From: an uncultured Anaerolineaceae bacterium | GTDB taxonomy: Bacteria > Chloroflexota > Anaerolineae > Anaerolineales > Anaerolineaceae | DNA: 64,000 nt | Assembly (NCBI GenBank): GCA_964535315.1 | Contig: CAZHTS010000003.1 | Span: forward strand, 1 to 64,000 | Direction of reading: 5' to 3' | Shown: piece by piece, positions 35,847 through 46,834 of the stretch | How positions within the stretch are numbered: the stretch's first letter is position 1 | How the letters are laid out: each line of letters starts with the position of its first letter | Notes under the pieces: model-generated | Databases searched by the model: none | What the model was told of the DNA's origin: nothing | Seen by the model: only the letters and a program-made list of their open reading frames with translations | Program-made: the position numbers and the translations under genes

Positions 35847-38800
35847 GCCGTTCCTCCCTGCCGTATTGCAATAACATCCGCTTAATCATATCGGCCAGGA
35901 TATACAAATCAACCGGTTTGCTCACATACTCATCTGCGCCAGCTTCCAGACAACGCTGGCGATCCCCAGGTAATTCTAACGCATTCATCAGAATAATGGG
36001 CAAACGCGCCAGTACCTCGTTCATCCGAATCCGACGCACAGCTTCCAGGCCATCAATCCCGGCAATCCGCATGTCCATCAAAATCAGGTTGGGGCGTTCC
36101 TGCCAGGCGCGCTGGATCGCCTCGCTGCCATTATGCGCCAGGATCACCTGATAACCCGAAGCCATCAAAAACTGCTGGTGAATGGCAATACTGGCCTGAT
36201 TTTCGTCTACCAGCAGGATCATTGAACGTCCCGTCACAGGCTCGCGGCTGGGCACCACCACCAACGCCCGGCGCCACAAACGCGCCGTGCCTTTGGGCGA
36301 AACCCGGCGCAACGCATTCCGCAAATCGGGCAACGGCAGGGGCTTGGTAGCATACACGATCACGCCGCCATCCGCATCGGGATAATGCGCTTCTCCGGTC
36401 GCCAGCACCACCACCGGCACCGCAGCCGTCTGCGGATTGCGGCGCAGCTGGCGCACGATGTCCCAATCGGGTGCACTGCCGCCAGGCACATCGATCAAGA
36501 AAATGTCCGGATGCAATTCGGTTGCCTTTTCCACCGCGCCTTCATCGCGCGGGTATAGCGTTGTCTCCATTCCAATCTCATTCAGGAAACGGGTCAGTTG
36601 AATGGTTGAGTCGGGTGAAGCATCGATCTGCAACCCCGAAGACAACATGCTGGAGTGTCCGCCGGGTGGTGGACTCCAGCGCAAGGTCACCGTGAAACGG
36701 CTGCCCTCGCCGGGCTGGCTCTCCACGGCAATGGCCCCATCGTGCAACTGGATCAGGCGATAGGCCAGCACCAACCCCAAACCCGTACCCGGAAACTGGC
36801 GGGCAATGCGGTTATCCAGCTGAATAAACGGCTGGAAGAGATAACGCATACTTTCCGGCGCAATGCCGATGCCCGTATCCCACACGGTAAAATGCACCCG
36901 CCCGGCCGAAATATCCCCGGTCACCCGCAAGCCGATGCGCCCGCCGGGCGGGGTAAATTTCACCGCATTGCTCAACAAGTTGAGCAATATCTGGTTCAGA
37001 CGCAGCGGGTCGGCCTGAATCCAGACCACCAGTGGATCAACCTCCACCTCAACCTGCTGTCCCTTCTGGCGCGCCGCCTGCTCGATCAATTCCAGACAGG
37101 TCTGGCAGACACTTTGCACGGTCAACGTCCCGATCTCGACCTTAAGCTTGCCGGCCTCAAGACTGGAGAAATCAAGGATATCCTCGACCAGTGAGGAAAG
37201 ATGTTTGCTGCTGTTATGGATCAGGTGCAGTTTCTCCGCCTGCAACGCGCTCAGGGCCCCATAGGCCTGCTCTAACAACGCCTCGGCCAGGCTGCTGATC
37301 GAGGTCAGCGGCGTGCGAAATTCATGGTTGATATTGGCGATGAATTTGCTCTTGAGTTCATTGGCCATCTTGAGATCCGCATTGGCAGCGCTCAATTCCT
37401 CTGTGCGCTCCTGTACCCGGCGCGCCAGCCGCGAACGTTCCTCGCGCAGCGCCCGCTCCGCCTGTTTGCGGCGCTCCAACTCCAGGGCAATCTGCTCATT
37501 AATGCGCAGCAATTCCGCCGTACGTTCTTCCACCCGGCCCTCCAGGTCGGCCTTGGCGCTTTCCAACAACTCTTCTGTACGTTTGCGCTCCTCCAACTCG
37601 CTTTGAAGGCGGTGATACAACAGGGCGTTATCCAGTGCAATCGAGGCCAACTGGGCAAAACGCTCAATGATGCGAACGTGCTCGTCGGTCAAAAGATGCT
37701 CGGGGCTGACTTCGCCCAACCCGACCACCCCCGCCACTCGTTGCCCAACCACCAACGGCACCCCCAGGGTCGAATACAACAAAGTGCGCGGGTATTTATC
37801 CGATCTGCCCGGCCAGGTGGTGTAATCGGAAATCAACATACTCTTGCGTTCCCGCAGAATACGGCCTGCCATCCCTTCCCCTGGCCCAAGAGTCAACCCG
37901 ATGAAATTACGGTACACCCCCAGGCCCACTTCGAGCCGCAATATGTCCTGATGCTCGTCATATAAATACAGATAACCGTTCTCACATCCCGCCAGTTGCC
38001 CGGCGCGCGTCATAATATTTTCGAGCAATTCACCCAACTGCAGGCGGCGCATCAGCCCCAGAGAGGTTTCGTGCAAGCTCTCCAGATAGGCGTACTGCGA
38101 ACGCAGTTCTTCCTCGGCCTGCCGGCGGGCCAGCAACCCCCCCAGACTTCCAGCCAGTGTACACGCCGCGGCCACCTCGGCTTCGCTCCAACTGCGGCCG
38201 GCAACGTGCACATCAAACCCCAGGAACCCCCAAAACGCACCACGGATGTTGATGGGAACGGCCAGAAGCGAGACGACCTTACGGCTCAGCAAGGTCGTAC
38301 GTTCATCTTCTGGGAAATCATCAACCGCCCCCATCAGACACTTACCCGTGGCAAGAATCTGATACCAGCGTTCGGGGATCATCATCCCCGGCGCTTCTCT
38401 CAAATTACGGCGCAGCGTTTCGTTGGCCTCTTGCTCGCCCAGCCAATCGAAGTGTAAACGCACCCGCGGCTGGTTATGCGTCTTGTCCGGAACATACTCA
38501 AACAAATAGGCCCGATCTGCTTGCATAGAACGCCCCAGGTCCGCCAGCGCCCGGGTCACCGCCTGCTCATAATCGGCCGTGATCAGCAAATTACTGGCCG
38601 AAAGGGCCAATCCGCTCAACAATTCCTCCTGGCGCCGTAAAGCCGCTTCGGCCTGCTGGCGTACCAGCAATTCTCGCCGGACAGACGCAGACAACGCCAC
38701 CTTGTCAAGCGCCGGTCCTACCGCCGCCGCCACCGAGCGGGCAATACGAATCTCGTCCTCATGAAAAGAACGGGGCTCAAGCGCATCCAAACCCAACGTA

Positions 38801-40278
38801 CCAATCGACTGTCTTCCAGAAAGCAGCGGCACAATTAACAACGAAACGGTGCCGCGATTCTTCGCAACAGCCTGCATATCCTGGGCGCCCGCGTCCAGTT
38901 GGGCATTTGCCAGCACCAACGGCTCCTGGGTGTCCAACACATACCGTGTAGAGGGGTTGTTCTCTAACGGAATACGAAAACCGATCACCGATGGCCGGCC
39001 GGCCTCGCAGTACTCGGCGCGCACGACCAGCTGCTTTCTATCTTCGTCCAGAAGTGTGGCAGCCGCCTGAGGCAGATGCATAAACAAGGCCAGTTCCTTG
39101 CAAACCGTTGTTAGCACCGCTTCGACATCGTTCGATTGTGCTGCTTTTTCGATGACGCGATTGAGCAGCAACGTCTCATCCAGGCGTCGTTGTAAATGTT
39201 CTTCATCCTGAACATGCCGGCGTCTCGCCTCTTGCAAACGCTCCAGAAGGCCATTAACGTGCTCGGTAAAATGCCGCAACTCACCATGAGACGGCAGGGG
39301 TATCCGCTCATTTAAGCCCCCCGACTCATCAATCTGATCCAGCCTGGCGCTCAAACGTAACATGGGCCGGATCACCAATAGCTCCAGCGCGCCAATGATG
39401 ACGGCCACAGACACCAACCCGATAATTAGCAACAACGCCACCCATTGGGCGTGAAGCGAAGGCCAACGGTTGTAAACCGTTCGCGGCATCTCGATTTGCA
39501 CCAGCACGTTCGGCCGCCCCTGGATGTCATCAGCCAGAATCGAACCGACCACGATCTGATCGCCTTTTACCTCCACCAACGGCTCGTCCCGATCAGCCAA
39601 TGTATTCAAGATCGCAGCCATTTCGCTCGTCTGCTGCAACTTGTCCAGGCGCTGGACGGATAAACGATACCCCAATTGCTCGGACAACTGCTCCACATCG
39701 GCCGCCCGCAGATACTTCCCTACCACCAACACGCCCCGGTTCTCCCCGGCCTTATCACTTGGGAGAATTTGCGCCAGGCCCAACACCAGCGGGCCGTTCT
39801 CCTCAAACAAAACCGTGCCCGAAGCCGACTTGCGCTCACCCAGCAAGTGCAAGGGCTGGTAATAGCGCATTTGCTCGATCAGGCGTTCCGGCGGCGCCAC
39901 CACCTGATTGCTTTGATAATCGTACAATCGCCCGGCAAAATATTTTCCCGAGCGGTCATAAAACAACATAAAATTGACCTGCAAGTTTTTCAGCGTCTCA
40001 TCATCCAGGCGGATCAGCAAACGACCCGCAGCCGGCGTGCTTTCAACCATCAATGCATACGTTTCATCCCAAAAAGCATACGAGCGGGCGGTTTGCTCTA
40101 CACCCTTATTAAATCCTTCCAATAAATCCTGGGTACGTTTCAGGGCTTCCCCCACCCGTTCCTGTTCCAACGCAGCATATTCCTGCGCAAAAATTGCAGA
40201 AGACGATAGATATAACACCGGGACCAGGGCGACCAGAATCCCAAACATTGCCCAAAAAGTTCGTTTGCGCAAAGTCAT
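35836..40278 (-). CDS. Giant hybrid sensor histidine kinase (extracytoplasmic CHASE4-like sensor - HAMP - GAF x3 - HisKA - HATPase - REC x2)
   Basis: Signal/TM region, then a periplasmic CHASE-like domain and a second TM (VALLLIIGLVSVAVIIGALELLVI). Multiple GAF-like segments. H-box (NHEFRTPLTSI), HATPase (NLLSNAVKFTPPGGRI...GTGLGLV). Two C-terminal receivers (DIFLIDVPGG...; NLILMDMRIAGIDG). Confidence 0.85.
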   Translation of the reverse strand: MTLRKRTFWAMFGILVALVPVLYLSSSAIFAQEYAALEQERVGEALKRTQDLLEGFNKGVEQTARSYAFWDETYALMVESTPAAGRLLIRLDDETLKNLQVNFMLFYDRSGKYFAGRLYDYQSNQVVAPPERLIEQMRYYQPLHLLGERKSASGTVLFEENGPLVLGLAQILPSDKAGENRGVLVVGKYLRAADVEQLSEQLGYRLSVQRLDKLQQTSEMAAILNTLADRDEPLVEVKGDQIVVGSILADDIQGRPNVLVQIEMPRTVYNRWPSLHAQWVALLLIIGLVSVAVIIGALELLVIRPMLRLSARLDQIDESGGLNERIPLPSHGELRHFTEHVNGLLERLQEARRRHVQDEEHLQRRLDETLLLNRVIEKAAQSNDVEAVLTTVCKELALFMHLPQAAATLLDEDRKQLVVRAEYCEAGRPSVIGFRIPLENNPSTRYVLDTQEPLVLANAQLDAGAQDMQAVAKNRGTVSLLIVPLLSGRQSIGTLGLDALEPRSFHEDEIRIARSVAAAVGPALDKVALSASVRRELLVRQQAEAALRRQEELLSGLALSASNLLITADYEQAVTRALADLGRSMQADRAYLFEYVPDKTHNQPRVRLHFDWLGEQEANETLRRNLREAPGMMIPERWYQILATGKCLMGAVDDFPEDERTTLLSRKVVSLLAVPINIRGAFWGFLGFDVHVAGRSWSEAEVAAACTLAGSLGGLLARRQAEEELRSQYAYLESLHETSLGLMRRLQLGELLENIMTRAGQLAGCENGYLYLYDEHQDILRLEVGLGVYRNFIGLTLGPGEGMAGRILRERKSMLISDYTTWPGRSDKYPRTLLYSTLGVPLVVGQRVAGVVGLGEVSPEHLLTDEHVRIIERFAQLASIALDNALLYHRLQSELEERKRTEELLESAKADLEGRVEERTAELLRINEQIALELERRKQAERALREERSRLARRVQERTEELSAANADLKMANELKSKFIANINHEFRTPLTSISSLAEALLEQAYGALSALQAEKLHLIHNSSKHLSSLVEDILDFSSLEAGKLKVEIGTLTVQSVCQTCLELIEQAARQKGQQVEVEVDPLVVWIQADPLRLNQILLNLLSNAVKFTPPGGRIGLRVTGDISAGRVHFTVWDTGIGIAPESMRYLFQPFIQLDNRIARQFPGTGLGLVLAYRLIQLHDGAIAVESQPGEGSRFTVTLRWSPPPGGHSSMLSSGLQIDASPDSTIQLTRFLNEIGMETTLYPRDEGAVEKATELHPDIFLIDVPGGSAPDWDIVRQLRRNPQTAAVPVVVLATGEAHYPDADGGVIVYATKPLPLPDLRNALRRVSPKGTARLWRRALVVVPSREPVTGRSMILLVDENQASIAIHQQFLMASGYQVILAHNGSEAIQRAWQERPNLILMDMRIAGIDGLEAVRRIRMNEVLARLPIILMNALELPGDRQRCLEAGADEYVSKPVDLYILADMIKRMLLQYGREERRDG

Positions 40279-40462
40279 GCACCCGCTCCCCTGAAATCGA
40301 TTGCCGGTAAGGGAAACAAACCGGTGATTAAACGCGACAATAGACCACAGCCCCGCTTTCTATGCAGCCGCAATACTCCCGATCTACATAAGATTTTAAC
40401 CACCCCGCTGGCTAAAAACAATACCAGCAGCCCACAAAATTGATAACTCACCTCAGAAAAGT

Positions 40463-40493
40463 CTTTTGCCGGGCGCAAAAGGCCCGGCAAAAG
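40463..40493 (-). terminator. Rho-independent terminator downstream of dnaK
   Basis: Stem CTTTTGCCGGGC / GCCCGGCAAAAG with a 7-nt loop; on the coding (-) strand it is followed by ACTTTTCT. Confidence 0.5.
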
Positions 40494-40519
40494 ACAGAAT
40501 GCATCGTAAAAACTCAGGC

Positions 40520-42412
40520 CTAGGCCTGGCGAAATTCGCCTTCGATCACCTCGCCCTCGCCCGATGGCTCAGGTGAATGGCCATTTCCCCCATACCCATT
40601 GCCATTCCCGTTTTCAGCCCGGGAGGCGGTGGGTGACAGCCGCCCGGCAGCCTGCTGGACCCCTTCCATTTTTTGACGAATGGCGCTCTCGTCATGATCG
40701 TTCAATACCCGGCGTAATTCGGCCACTGCTGCCTCTACTTCAGAGCGCACTTCAGCCGGCGCCTGCGTCTGTTCTTTCAGCATGAGTTCCGCCTGATAGG
40801 CCAGGTTATCCGCCTGATTGCGTAATTCTGCCAGTGCATGCCGGCGCTCATCGTCAGCCTGGTTGCGTTGGGCTTCCTGCACCAGGCGTTCGATCTCACC
40901 TTTGTTCAAATTGGTCGAGGCGGTGATCGTCACCCGCTGTTCCTTACCAGAAGCCTTGTCCCGAGCCGAAACATTGAGAATCCCGTTGGCGTCGATGTCA
41001 AAGGTTACCTCAATTTGCGGCTGGCCGCGCCGCGCCGGTGGAATACCATCCAGGCGGAAACGTCCCAGGCTCATATTATCGGCAGCCATCGGGCGCTCAC
41101 CCTGTAAAACGTGCACGTCTACCCCCGGCTGGTTGTCTTCGGCGGTCGAGAATACCTCAGTCTTGCGCACCGGTACGGTCGTGTTGCGTGCGATGAGAGT
41201 GGTCATCACTCCCCCCAGCGTCTCTACGCCCAATGACAGCGGGGTCACATCCAGCAAGAGCACATCCTTTACCTCGCCCGCCAAGACACCGCCCTGAATC
41301 GCCGCCCCTACCGCCACCACCTCATCAGGGTTGACCCCTTTGTTGGGTTCTTTACCGCTCAACGCCCGCACCAAATCCTGTACCATAGGCATGCGCGTCG
41401 AGCCTCCCACCAGAACCACTTCGTCCACCTGCCGGGTATCCAGGCCGGCGTCACGCAGCGCCGCTTCAAACGGCCCGCGCAGCCGCTCGACCAGATGCCG
41501 GGTCAGTTGTTCAAAACGCGCCCGGTTCAGGCGCAACTGCAAGTGCTTCGGCCCATTGACATCGGCGGTGATATACGGCAAATTGATCTCCGTCTCCATC
41601 ATGCTGGACAGCTCAATCTTGGCCTTCTCGGACGCTTCGCGCAGCCGCTGCAATGCCTGCCGGTCACCGCGCAGATCGATACCCTGTTCAGTGCGGAACG
41701 AATCGGCCGCCCAGTTGACGATCACCTCGTCCCAATCGTCGCCGCCCAGGTGGGTATCGCCGCTGGTGGCTTTGACCTCAAAAACGCCATCGCCGACCTC
41801 CAGCACACTGACGTCAAACGTTCCACCGCCCAGGTCGAACACCAGAATCTTTTCATTCTTCTTCTTATCCAGCCCGTAGGCCAGCGCCGAGGCGGTCGGC
41901 TCATTGATGATGCGCAGAACGTCCAGACCGGCAATCTTACCCGCATCGCGGGTGGCCTGGCGTTGACTGTCATTGAAGTAGGCCGGGACCGTAATCACCG
42001 CCTGCGTCACCGGCTCACCCAGGTATGCTTCGGCGTCGGCTTTCAACTTGGCAAGAATCATGGCTGAAATTTCCTGCGGGGTATAATCTCGTCCGGTCAG
42101 CGCCGATTTAACGCGGGCGTCGCCCGCCGGCCCGCTGACCACCGCATAGGGCACCATCTTGCGTTCGCGTTCGACCTCATCGTAACGCCGCCCCATAAAA
42201 CGCTTGATCGAGAAAATGGTATTCTCCGCATTGATTACCGCCTGGCGCTTGGCCGTTTGACCTACCAGACGCTCGTTATTTCTGGTAAAAGAAACCACCG
42301 ACGGACACAGACGCGATCCTTCTGCTGTAACAATGACCGCCGGATCGCCGCCTTCCATCACTGCAACCACGCTGTTGGTGGTGCCGAGGTCAATACCGAT
42401 AATTTTTCCCAT
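40520..42412 (-). CDS. dnaK: Molecular chaperone DnaK (Hsp70)
   Basis: [18 protein letters not shown]..., [26 protein letters not shown], and a C-terminal G/N-rich tail ending EGEFRQA. Confidence 0.97.
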   Translation of the reverse strand: MGKIIGIDLGTTNSVVAVMEGGDPAVIVTAEGSRLCPSVVSFTRNNERLVGQTAKRQAVINAENTIFSIKRFMGRRYDEVERERKMVPYAVVSGPAGDARVKSALTGRDYTPQEISAMILAKLKADAEAYLGEPVTQAVITVPAYFNDSQRQATRDAGKIAGLDVLRIINEPTASALAYGLDKKKNEKILVFDLGGGTFDVSVLEVGDGVFEVKATSGDTHLGGDDWDEVIVNWAADSFRTEQGIDLRGDRQALQRLREASEKAKIELSSMMETEINLPYITADVNGPKHLQLRLNRARFEQLTRHLVERLRGPFEAALRDAGLDTRQVDEVVLVGGSTRMPMVQDLVRALSGKEPNKGVNPDEVVAVGAAIQGGVLAGEVKDVLLLDVTPLSLGVETLGGVMTTLIARNTTVPVRKTEVFSTAEDNQPGVDVHVLQGERPMAADNMSLGRFRLDGIPPARRGQPQIEVTFDIDANGILNVSARDKASGKEQRVTITASTNLNKGEIERLVQEAQRNQADDERRHALAELRNQADNLAYQAELMLKEQTQAPAEVRSEVEAAVAELRRVLNDHDESAIRQKMEGVQQAAGRLSPTASRAENGNGNGYGGNGHSPEPSGEGEVIEGEFRQA

Positions 42413-42617
42413 GTCAGCACTCCTTTCCTGGCTGAAAAATCTTTCACGCCTTTAGCATATCCGGCGACTACAAGAATGGCGTTAACAGAATATAGGAAGT
42501 CTATCAACACAGGTCTCGTTCGCAGAGAGGACAGTCCTTTTTGACTTCTCAACAGACTGGCTTATAATCAAAGAGGATCTTCCAATCGCTAATTGCTCTA
42601 TGCTGCAGGAGGCTGTC

Positions 42618-43934
42618 ATGCGCAAACGCTCAATGTCCTTTCTCATGATCGTGATATGGCTGTTATTCGGTATCGTCCAGCCGGTTGCGGCGCAAGGCGC
42701 CACGGCAAAGGCGGTCGTACTCAAAGCCGAAGGCCCGTTGACCCCGGTCATGGTTACATACATCGAGCGTGGCCTGCGCATTGCCGCCGAAGATAATGCC
42801 ACCGTTGTAGTGCTGAAACTCAACACCCCCGGCGGTAGCATCGACCTGATGAACCGTATCGTCCAGAATATTCGCACCAGCAGCGTGCCGGTAGTGGTAT
42901 ATGTCAGCCCCAACGGCGCCATGGCCGCCAGCGCCGGCACGTTGATCACCCTCGCCGGCCATCTGGCCGCCATGTCTCCCGAAACGGCCATCGGTGCCGC
43001 CAGCCCGGTGGGCGGGCAGGGCGAAGATATCGGCGAGACGATGGAAACCAAAGTCAAGGAAATCCTCAAAGCCACCACCCGTTCTCTCACCGAGCGGCGC
43101 GGCCCCCGCGCTACCGAACTGGCCGAACAAAGCATCGACAAGGCTCGCGCCGTTTCTGCCAAAGAAGCCTTAGAAGCAGGCCTGATCGATTACATCGCAA
43201 GCGATCTCAACGATTTATTGAAACAAATCGATGGACAATCGGTGCTGGTAAACGGCCAGACAAAAACCCTGCACACTGCCGGTCTGGAACAATACCCGGT
43301 TGCCAACACGCTGATCGAAGAAATCCTTAATATGCTCACCAACCCCAACATCGTCTTCCTGCTGATGTCGGTCGGGGTGCAGGCCATCTTGATCGAATTA
43401 TCCAGCCCGGGCGGTTGGGTGGCCGGCTTTATCGGCGCCGTCTGTCTGGCGTTGGCCGGCTACGGCCTGGGCATTCTGCCGGTTAACTGGTTTGGCATCG
43501 TTTTTCTGCTCATCGCCTTTGCCCTGTTTGTGCTGGACATCAAAGCGCCCACACATGGCGCCCTGACCACAGCCGGGGCGGCCTGCTTCATCGTCGGCGC
43601 CCTGGTGCTGTTTAACTCGACCCGCACCCCAGGCTTCCCCACCGTTTCGGTGCCGCTGGTCATCGGTGTAGGCATCTTTATCGCCCTGTCGTTCTTTGCC
43701 ATCATGACCATCGCCTTGCGGGCGCAGCGCACCCCCATCCGCACCGGCAAAGAAAGCCTGGCCGGCAGAACCGGCATCGCCCGCGACGACATCAACCCGG
43801 ACGGCAACGTCCAGGTTGCCGCCGAGTTATGGAGCGCCGAACTGGCGCCTGGCTCGCCCCCCATCCACCGCGGCGAGCGGGTGGAAGTGGTCGCAGTGGA
43901 AGGCCTGCGCCTGATTGTACGCAAACAAAACTGA
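42618..43934 (+). CDS. NfeD-like membrane-bound ClpP-class serine protease (long-form NfeD with C-terminal OB-fold)
   Basis: Start at MRKRSMSF (RBS CAGGAGG). Signal peptide and ClpP-like domain (VVLKLNTPGGSIDLMNRIVQ...YVSPNGAMAASAGTLITLAG), then several TM helices and a C-terminal OB-fold (NVQVAAELWSAELAPG...GERVEVVAVEGLRLIV). Confidence 0.8.
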   Translation: MRKRSMSFLMIVIWLLFGIVQPVAAQGATAKAVVLKAEGPLTPVMVTYIERGLRIAAEDNATVVVLKLNTPGGSIDLMNRIVQNIRTSSVPVVVYVSPNGAMAASAGTLITLAGHLAAMSPETAIGAASPVGGQGEDIGETMETKVKEILKATTRSLTERRGPRATELAEQSIDKARAVSAKEALEAGLIDYIASDLNDLLKQIDGQSVLVNGQTKTLHTAGLEQYPVANTLIEEILNMLTNPNIVFLLMSVGVQAILIELSSPGGWVAGFIGAVCLALAGYGLGILPVNWFGIVFLLIAFALFVLDIKAPTHGALTTAGAACFIVGALVLFNSTRTPGFPTVSVPLVIGVGIFIALSFFAIMTIALRAQRTPIRTGKESLAGRTGIARDDINPDGNVQVAAELWSAELAPGSPPIHRGERVEVVAVEGLRLIVRKQN

Positions 43935-43942
43935 GCGCGGGC

Positions 43943-44890
43943 TTATTGCCACAAAGTCTTAAAATGCTCGTCAAAGGCATCCAGCGCCTGGTCGCCGAGC
44001 AAACCACTTTGCATAATCTCGTCCAGCGAGAATAGGTGCTCGTTCTGGCCTGCTTCTCCGGCCTGGCCAGTTTCGCCGGCAGACAGGGGAACGCTCTGCT
44101 CAATAATGGCGGTAAGCTGCGGCAAAATCTGGCGTGTGGCGTACAACACCATCCCTGAACGGACATCCTGCCCAAAGACCACCAACAGGAACAAATCAGA
44201 GGCCAGGTTGGCCGAATAGACGCTGTAGCGACTGCCTTCATGATAATTCAGGCGGAAAGCCTCGCCCTCGCCAATCAGCGAGGCGATCCCAGCGGTGGCG
44301 GCAAAATCTCCGGCCATCAACGCCGCCAGTGCGGCCACGTTGATGTCCTCAATCACCCCCTTGGCATCCACCACATAGCCGCTGCCCTCCACCAGTAAAA
44401 CGCAGCGGGCGGCCGCCTCGGCGCGCAATTCGGCCAGGATACGATCGATCTCGTCCAGCTGCGCCGGCGAGAGCTGGCGCGAGAACACGGCCGGGGCACT
44501 CTCGACCACGGTCGCCGGTTTGTGCCGGCCGCTCTCGCGCGCCACAATCGTCAGCAGTTCTTCGGGCTGGTAGGGCTTAGGCATAAAATCGCTCACGCCA
44601 TGACGCAGCGCCTGGATGACCACATCCGCATCGGCGTGTCCGGTGATCATCACCACCGGCAGTTGTGGCGCCAACCGCTTGATTTCGGCCAACAACTGCA
44701 AACCGTTCATTCCAGGCATTTGCAAATCGGTCAACACCAGATCAAACGACCGGCCGGCCAACTGCTCCAACGCATCCTCGGCAGTTTGCACAGCCTCGAC
44801 TTCATAGCCGGCCCGCGTCAGAATGCGTTGCAAACTGCGGCGCACGCTTTCATCATCATCTACGACCAGGATCGTTGCATTTACACTCAT
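43943..44890 (-). CDS. Response regulator (REC) fused to a roadblock/LC7-like C-terminal domain
   Basis: REC domain (ILVVDDDESVRRSL...DLVLTDLQMPGMNG). The C-terminal ~150 aa (ARCVLLVEGSGYVVDAKGVIEDINVAALAALMAGDFAATAGIA...) resembles MglB/roadblock folds. Confidence 0.6.
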   Translation of the reverse strand: MSVNATILVVDDDESVRRSLQRILTRAGYEVEAVQTAEDALEQLAGRSFDLVLTDLQMPGMNGLQLLAEIKRLAPQLPVVMITGHADADVVIQALRHGVSDFMPKPYQPEELLTIVARESGRHKPATVVESAPAVFSRQLSPAQLDEIDRILAELRAEAAARCVLLVEGSGYVVDAKGVIEDINVAALAALMAGDFAATAGIASLIGEGEAFRLNYHEGSRYSVYSANLASDLFLLVVFGQDVRSGMVLYATRQILPQLTAIIEQSVPLSAGETGQAGEAGQNEHLFSLDEIMQSGLLGDQALDAFDEHFKTLWQ

Positions 44891-44914
44891 GGCGCACCCT
44901 CACATGCAAACAAT

Positions 44915-45673
44915 TTACGCTTTCGGCAATTGATAGACGTCTTCCATCAAATCCAGCCCACACGACAAGCCCTCCGCCCAGGCAATAAAGCGCTGAACGT
45001 GCTCTTTTTTCTTAAACATGGCGCCGTGCTGGGGTGCAATGACGTCGATATCTAGCTGACGCACCATTTTGGCCCACAAACGTAACGCTTTGCCAGAGGC
45101 CATATACCGTTGGTGGAAACCGGTCATATACTGCAAATGATCGTCGAAGTTTTCGACCACCGTATAGGTCTGGCCCAGTGAGGCGCCAAGGTCGCCCGTA
45201 TACAGGATTCTGGATACCGGATCGTACAGCTGGAAATTTCCCGGAGAATGCAGGAAATGGGCCGGCAGCAGCGATAGCCCGCAGCCCGCCAGATCGAGCA
45301 CCATGCCTTCATCGGGCACGGCCTGAATGCGATCCATCACCATTTCGTCCACCCCAAAGTGTGCGATAAAACGCATCCACAGGCGCGAGAGCAGCCCTTC
45401 GGCCTCGGTAATCATCAACCAGCCGTTGGCGGCGGCGATGATATCTGGATCTTGATGAGAAAACAGAATGTACTTCAGGGCGCTGGTAGGCAAGATGGCC
45501 GATAATTCGGCCAGCGCACCCGAATAGACCTTGTGTCCGCCCGGATCGAGCAAGATGGCCTGATCCTTATGAACAATGACATGCTGGTTGGCCTGCACCA
45601 TCTGCCCTGAGGTGAAGTCTTCCAACAAAATATTCTTATGCTCGCCATTATCAAATAAGACCTGCGTCGGCAT
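44915..45673 (-). CDS. Metallo-beta-lactamase (MBL)-fold hydrolase
   Basis: HxHxDH-like variant (ILFSHQDPDIIAAANGW), plus downstream H and D metal ligands (LLPAHFLHSPGNFQLYD). Confidence 0.65.
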   Translation of the reverse strand: MPTQVLFDNGEHKNILLEDFTSGQMVQANQHVIVHKDQAILLDPGGHKVYSGALAELSAILPTSALKYILFSHQDPDIIAAANGWLMITEAEGLLSRLWMRFIAHFGVDEMVMDRIQAVPDEGMVLDLAGCGLSLLPAHFLHSPGNFQLYDPVSRILYTGDLGASLGQTYTVVENFDDHLQYMTGFHQRYMASGKALRLWAKMVRQLDIDVIAPQHGAMFKKKEHVQRFIAWAEGLSCGLDLMEDVYQLPKA

Positions 45674-45692
45674 CGTTTATCTCCTCGTCCAC

Positions 45693-46073
45693 TTAGTTCA
45701 AGATCCCGGCCACTTTTTGCGCCCCTTCGTGCGCCTCAAGAAACGCCATCCCTAAATTGACGTTTTTGCTCGTCAACGCCACAAAAGCAGCGTTCTTCCC
45801 CGCATAAGTAATAATGATGTTGCCTTCCTTACCCTGAATCAGCGTCTGTTGAAATTCACCACCGGCCAGCTGACCAATCGAACGGCTTGACAGATTCAAG
45901 ATACCCGCCGCTACGGCGCCGACCCGCGCCTGATCCAATTTTTGCGGCAGTTCGGCAGCGATCACCAGACCGTCCATACTGATCACAGCCACACCATAAA
46001 TATCGGTAGAATTATCCACCAGGCCGCGCAACGCTTCGGCCAGTTGTTCGCTTCGTTTCTGTGCTCCTGCCAT
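45693..46073 (-). CDS. Roadblock/LC7 (MglB-like) domain protein
   Basis: 126 aa; LVDNSTDIYGVAVISMDGLVIAAELPQKLDQARVGAVAAGILNL... is the canonical roadblock pattern. Confidence 0.75.
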   Translation of the reverse strand: MAGAQKRSEQLAEALRGLVDNSTDIYGVAVISMDGLVIAAELPQKLDQARVGAVAAGILNLSSRSIGQLAGGEFQQTLIQGKEGNIIITYAGKNAAFVALTSKNVNLGMAFLEAHEGAQKVAGILN

Positions 46074-46102
46074 TTCTTACTCCTTTCACCAACGCACCAT
46101 TC

Positions 46103-46834
46103 CTATCCTTTTGCTTCAGATAGCACCTGTTCCAGGATTTCCACACCCTGCCGGGCCTCGAAAAATGTCATCCCCAGGTTAACCGCCGGGTCGGCCAACG
46201 CCACCAGAATGGCGTCGACGCCCACCGGGGTGAGAACCACGCTGCCAATCGCCCCCTGTACCAGGGTCTGTTGTAAAGCGCCGCAATCCAACTGCCCGAC
46301 TGAGCGCGCCGACAGGTTGAGGATACCCGCCGCCACCGCCCCCACCCGCGCTCGATCCAGCGTCGCGGGCAGTTCGGCCGCCAGCAACGCCCCATCCCGG
46401 CGCAACAATACCAGCCCCACAAAACTGGAACGCTCGCTCAGGCGGTGCAGCGCTGCACCCAACGGGTCTTCTACCACCGGCGGCGGAGCATCGACCAGCA
46501 TGCCGCCCTCGTCCACCCGGCGCAACCCTTCCATCACCAGCGCCGACCAGGGCAAATGAATGCTGCGCTGCGGCGCCGCCGCCCCTTGCTCCACGGCGAA
46601 AGAACCATCCGGCCAGCGCAGCAGGTGATAAACCGCCTCTTCACCCACAATCTCCCCCAACTGGGCATGCACCACTTCGCCTTCGGCAAAGTAGACCACC
46701 AGTTCCTCACCCTGGCGCCAGGCGTACAAGCGGGCCCGCACCCCCGACTGGCAGTGCAGTTGGATCAAATCCGCAATACTGATGTCGGTCAGATCACCTT
46801 TTAGCGCCATATCTTCTCCATTTTCAAGCGGCAC
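46103..46834 (-). CDS. DUF4388-like N-terminal domain fused to a roadblock/LC7 domain
   Basis: N-terminal LKGDLTDISIADLIQLHCQSGVRARLYAWRQGEELVVYFAEGEVVHAQ resembles DUF4388. C-terminal LVLLRRDGALLAAELPATLDRARVGAVAAGILNL matches roadblock. Confidence 0.7.
   Translation of the reverse strand: MPLENGEDMALKGDLTDISIADLIQLHCQSGVRARLYAWRQGEELVVYFAEGEVVHAQLGEIVGEEAVYHLLRWPDGSFAVEQGAAAPQRSIHLPWSALVMEGLRRVDEGGMLVDAPPPVVEDPLGAALHRLSERSSFVGLVLLRRDGALLAAELPATLDRARVGAVAAGILNLSARSVGQLDCGALQQTLVQGAIGSVVLTPVGVDAILVALADPAVNLGMTFFEARQGVEILEQVLSEAKG

Noticed and set aside
42413-42600. HrcA CIRCE element (TTAGCACTC-N9-GAGTGCTAA) upstream of dnaK
   Set aside because: There is only a partial match (TCAGCACTC) overlapping the start codon, with no inverted partner. 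dnaK here is monocistronic without grpE/dnaJ, so regulation is probably different.
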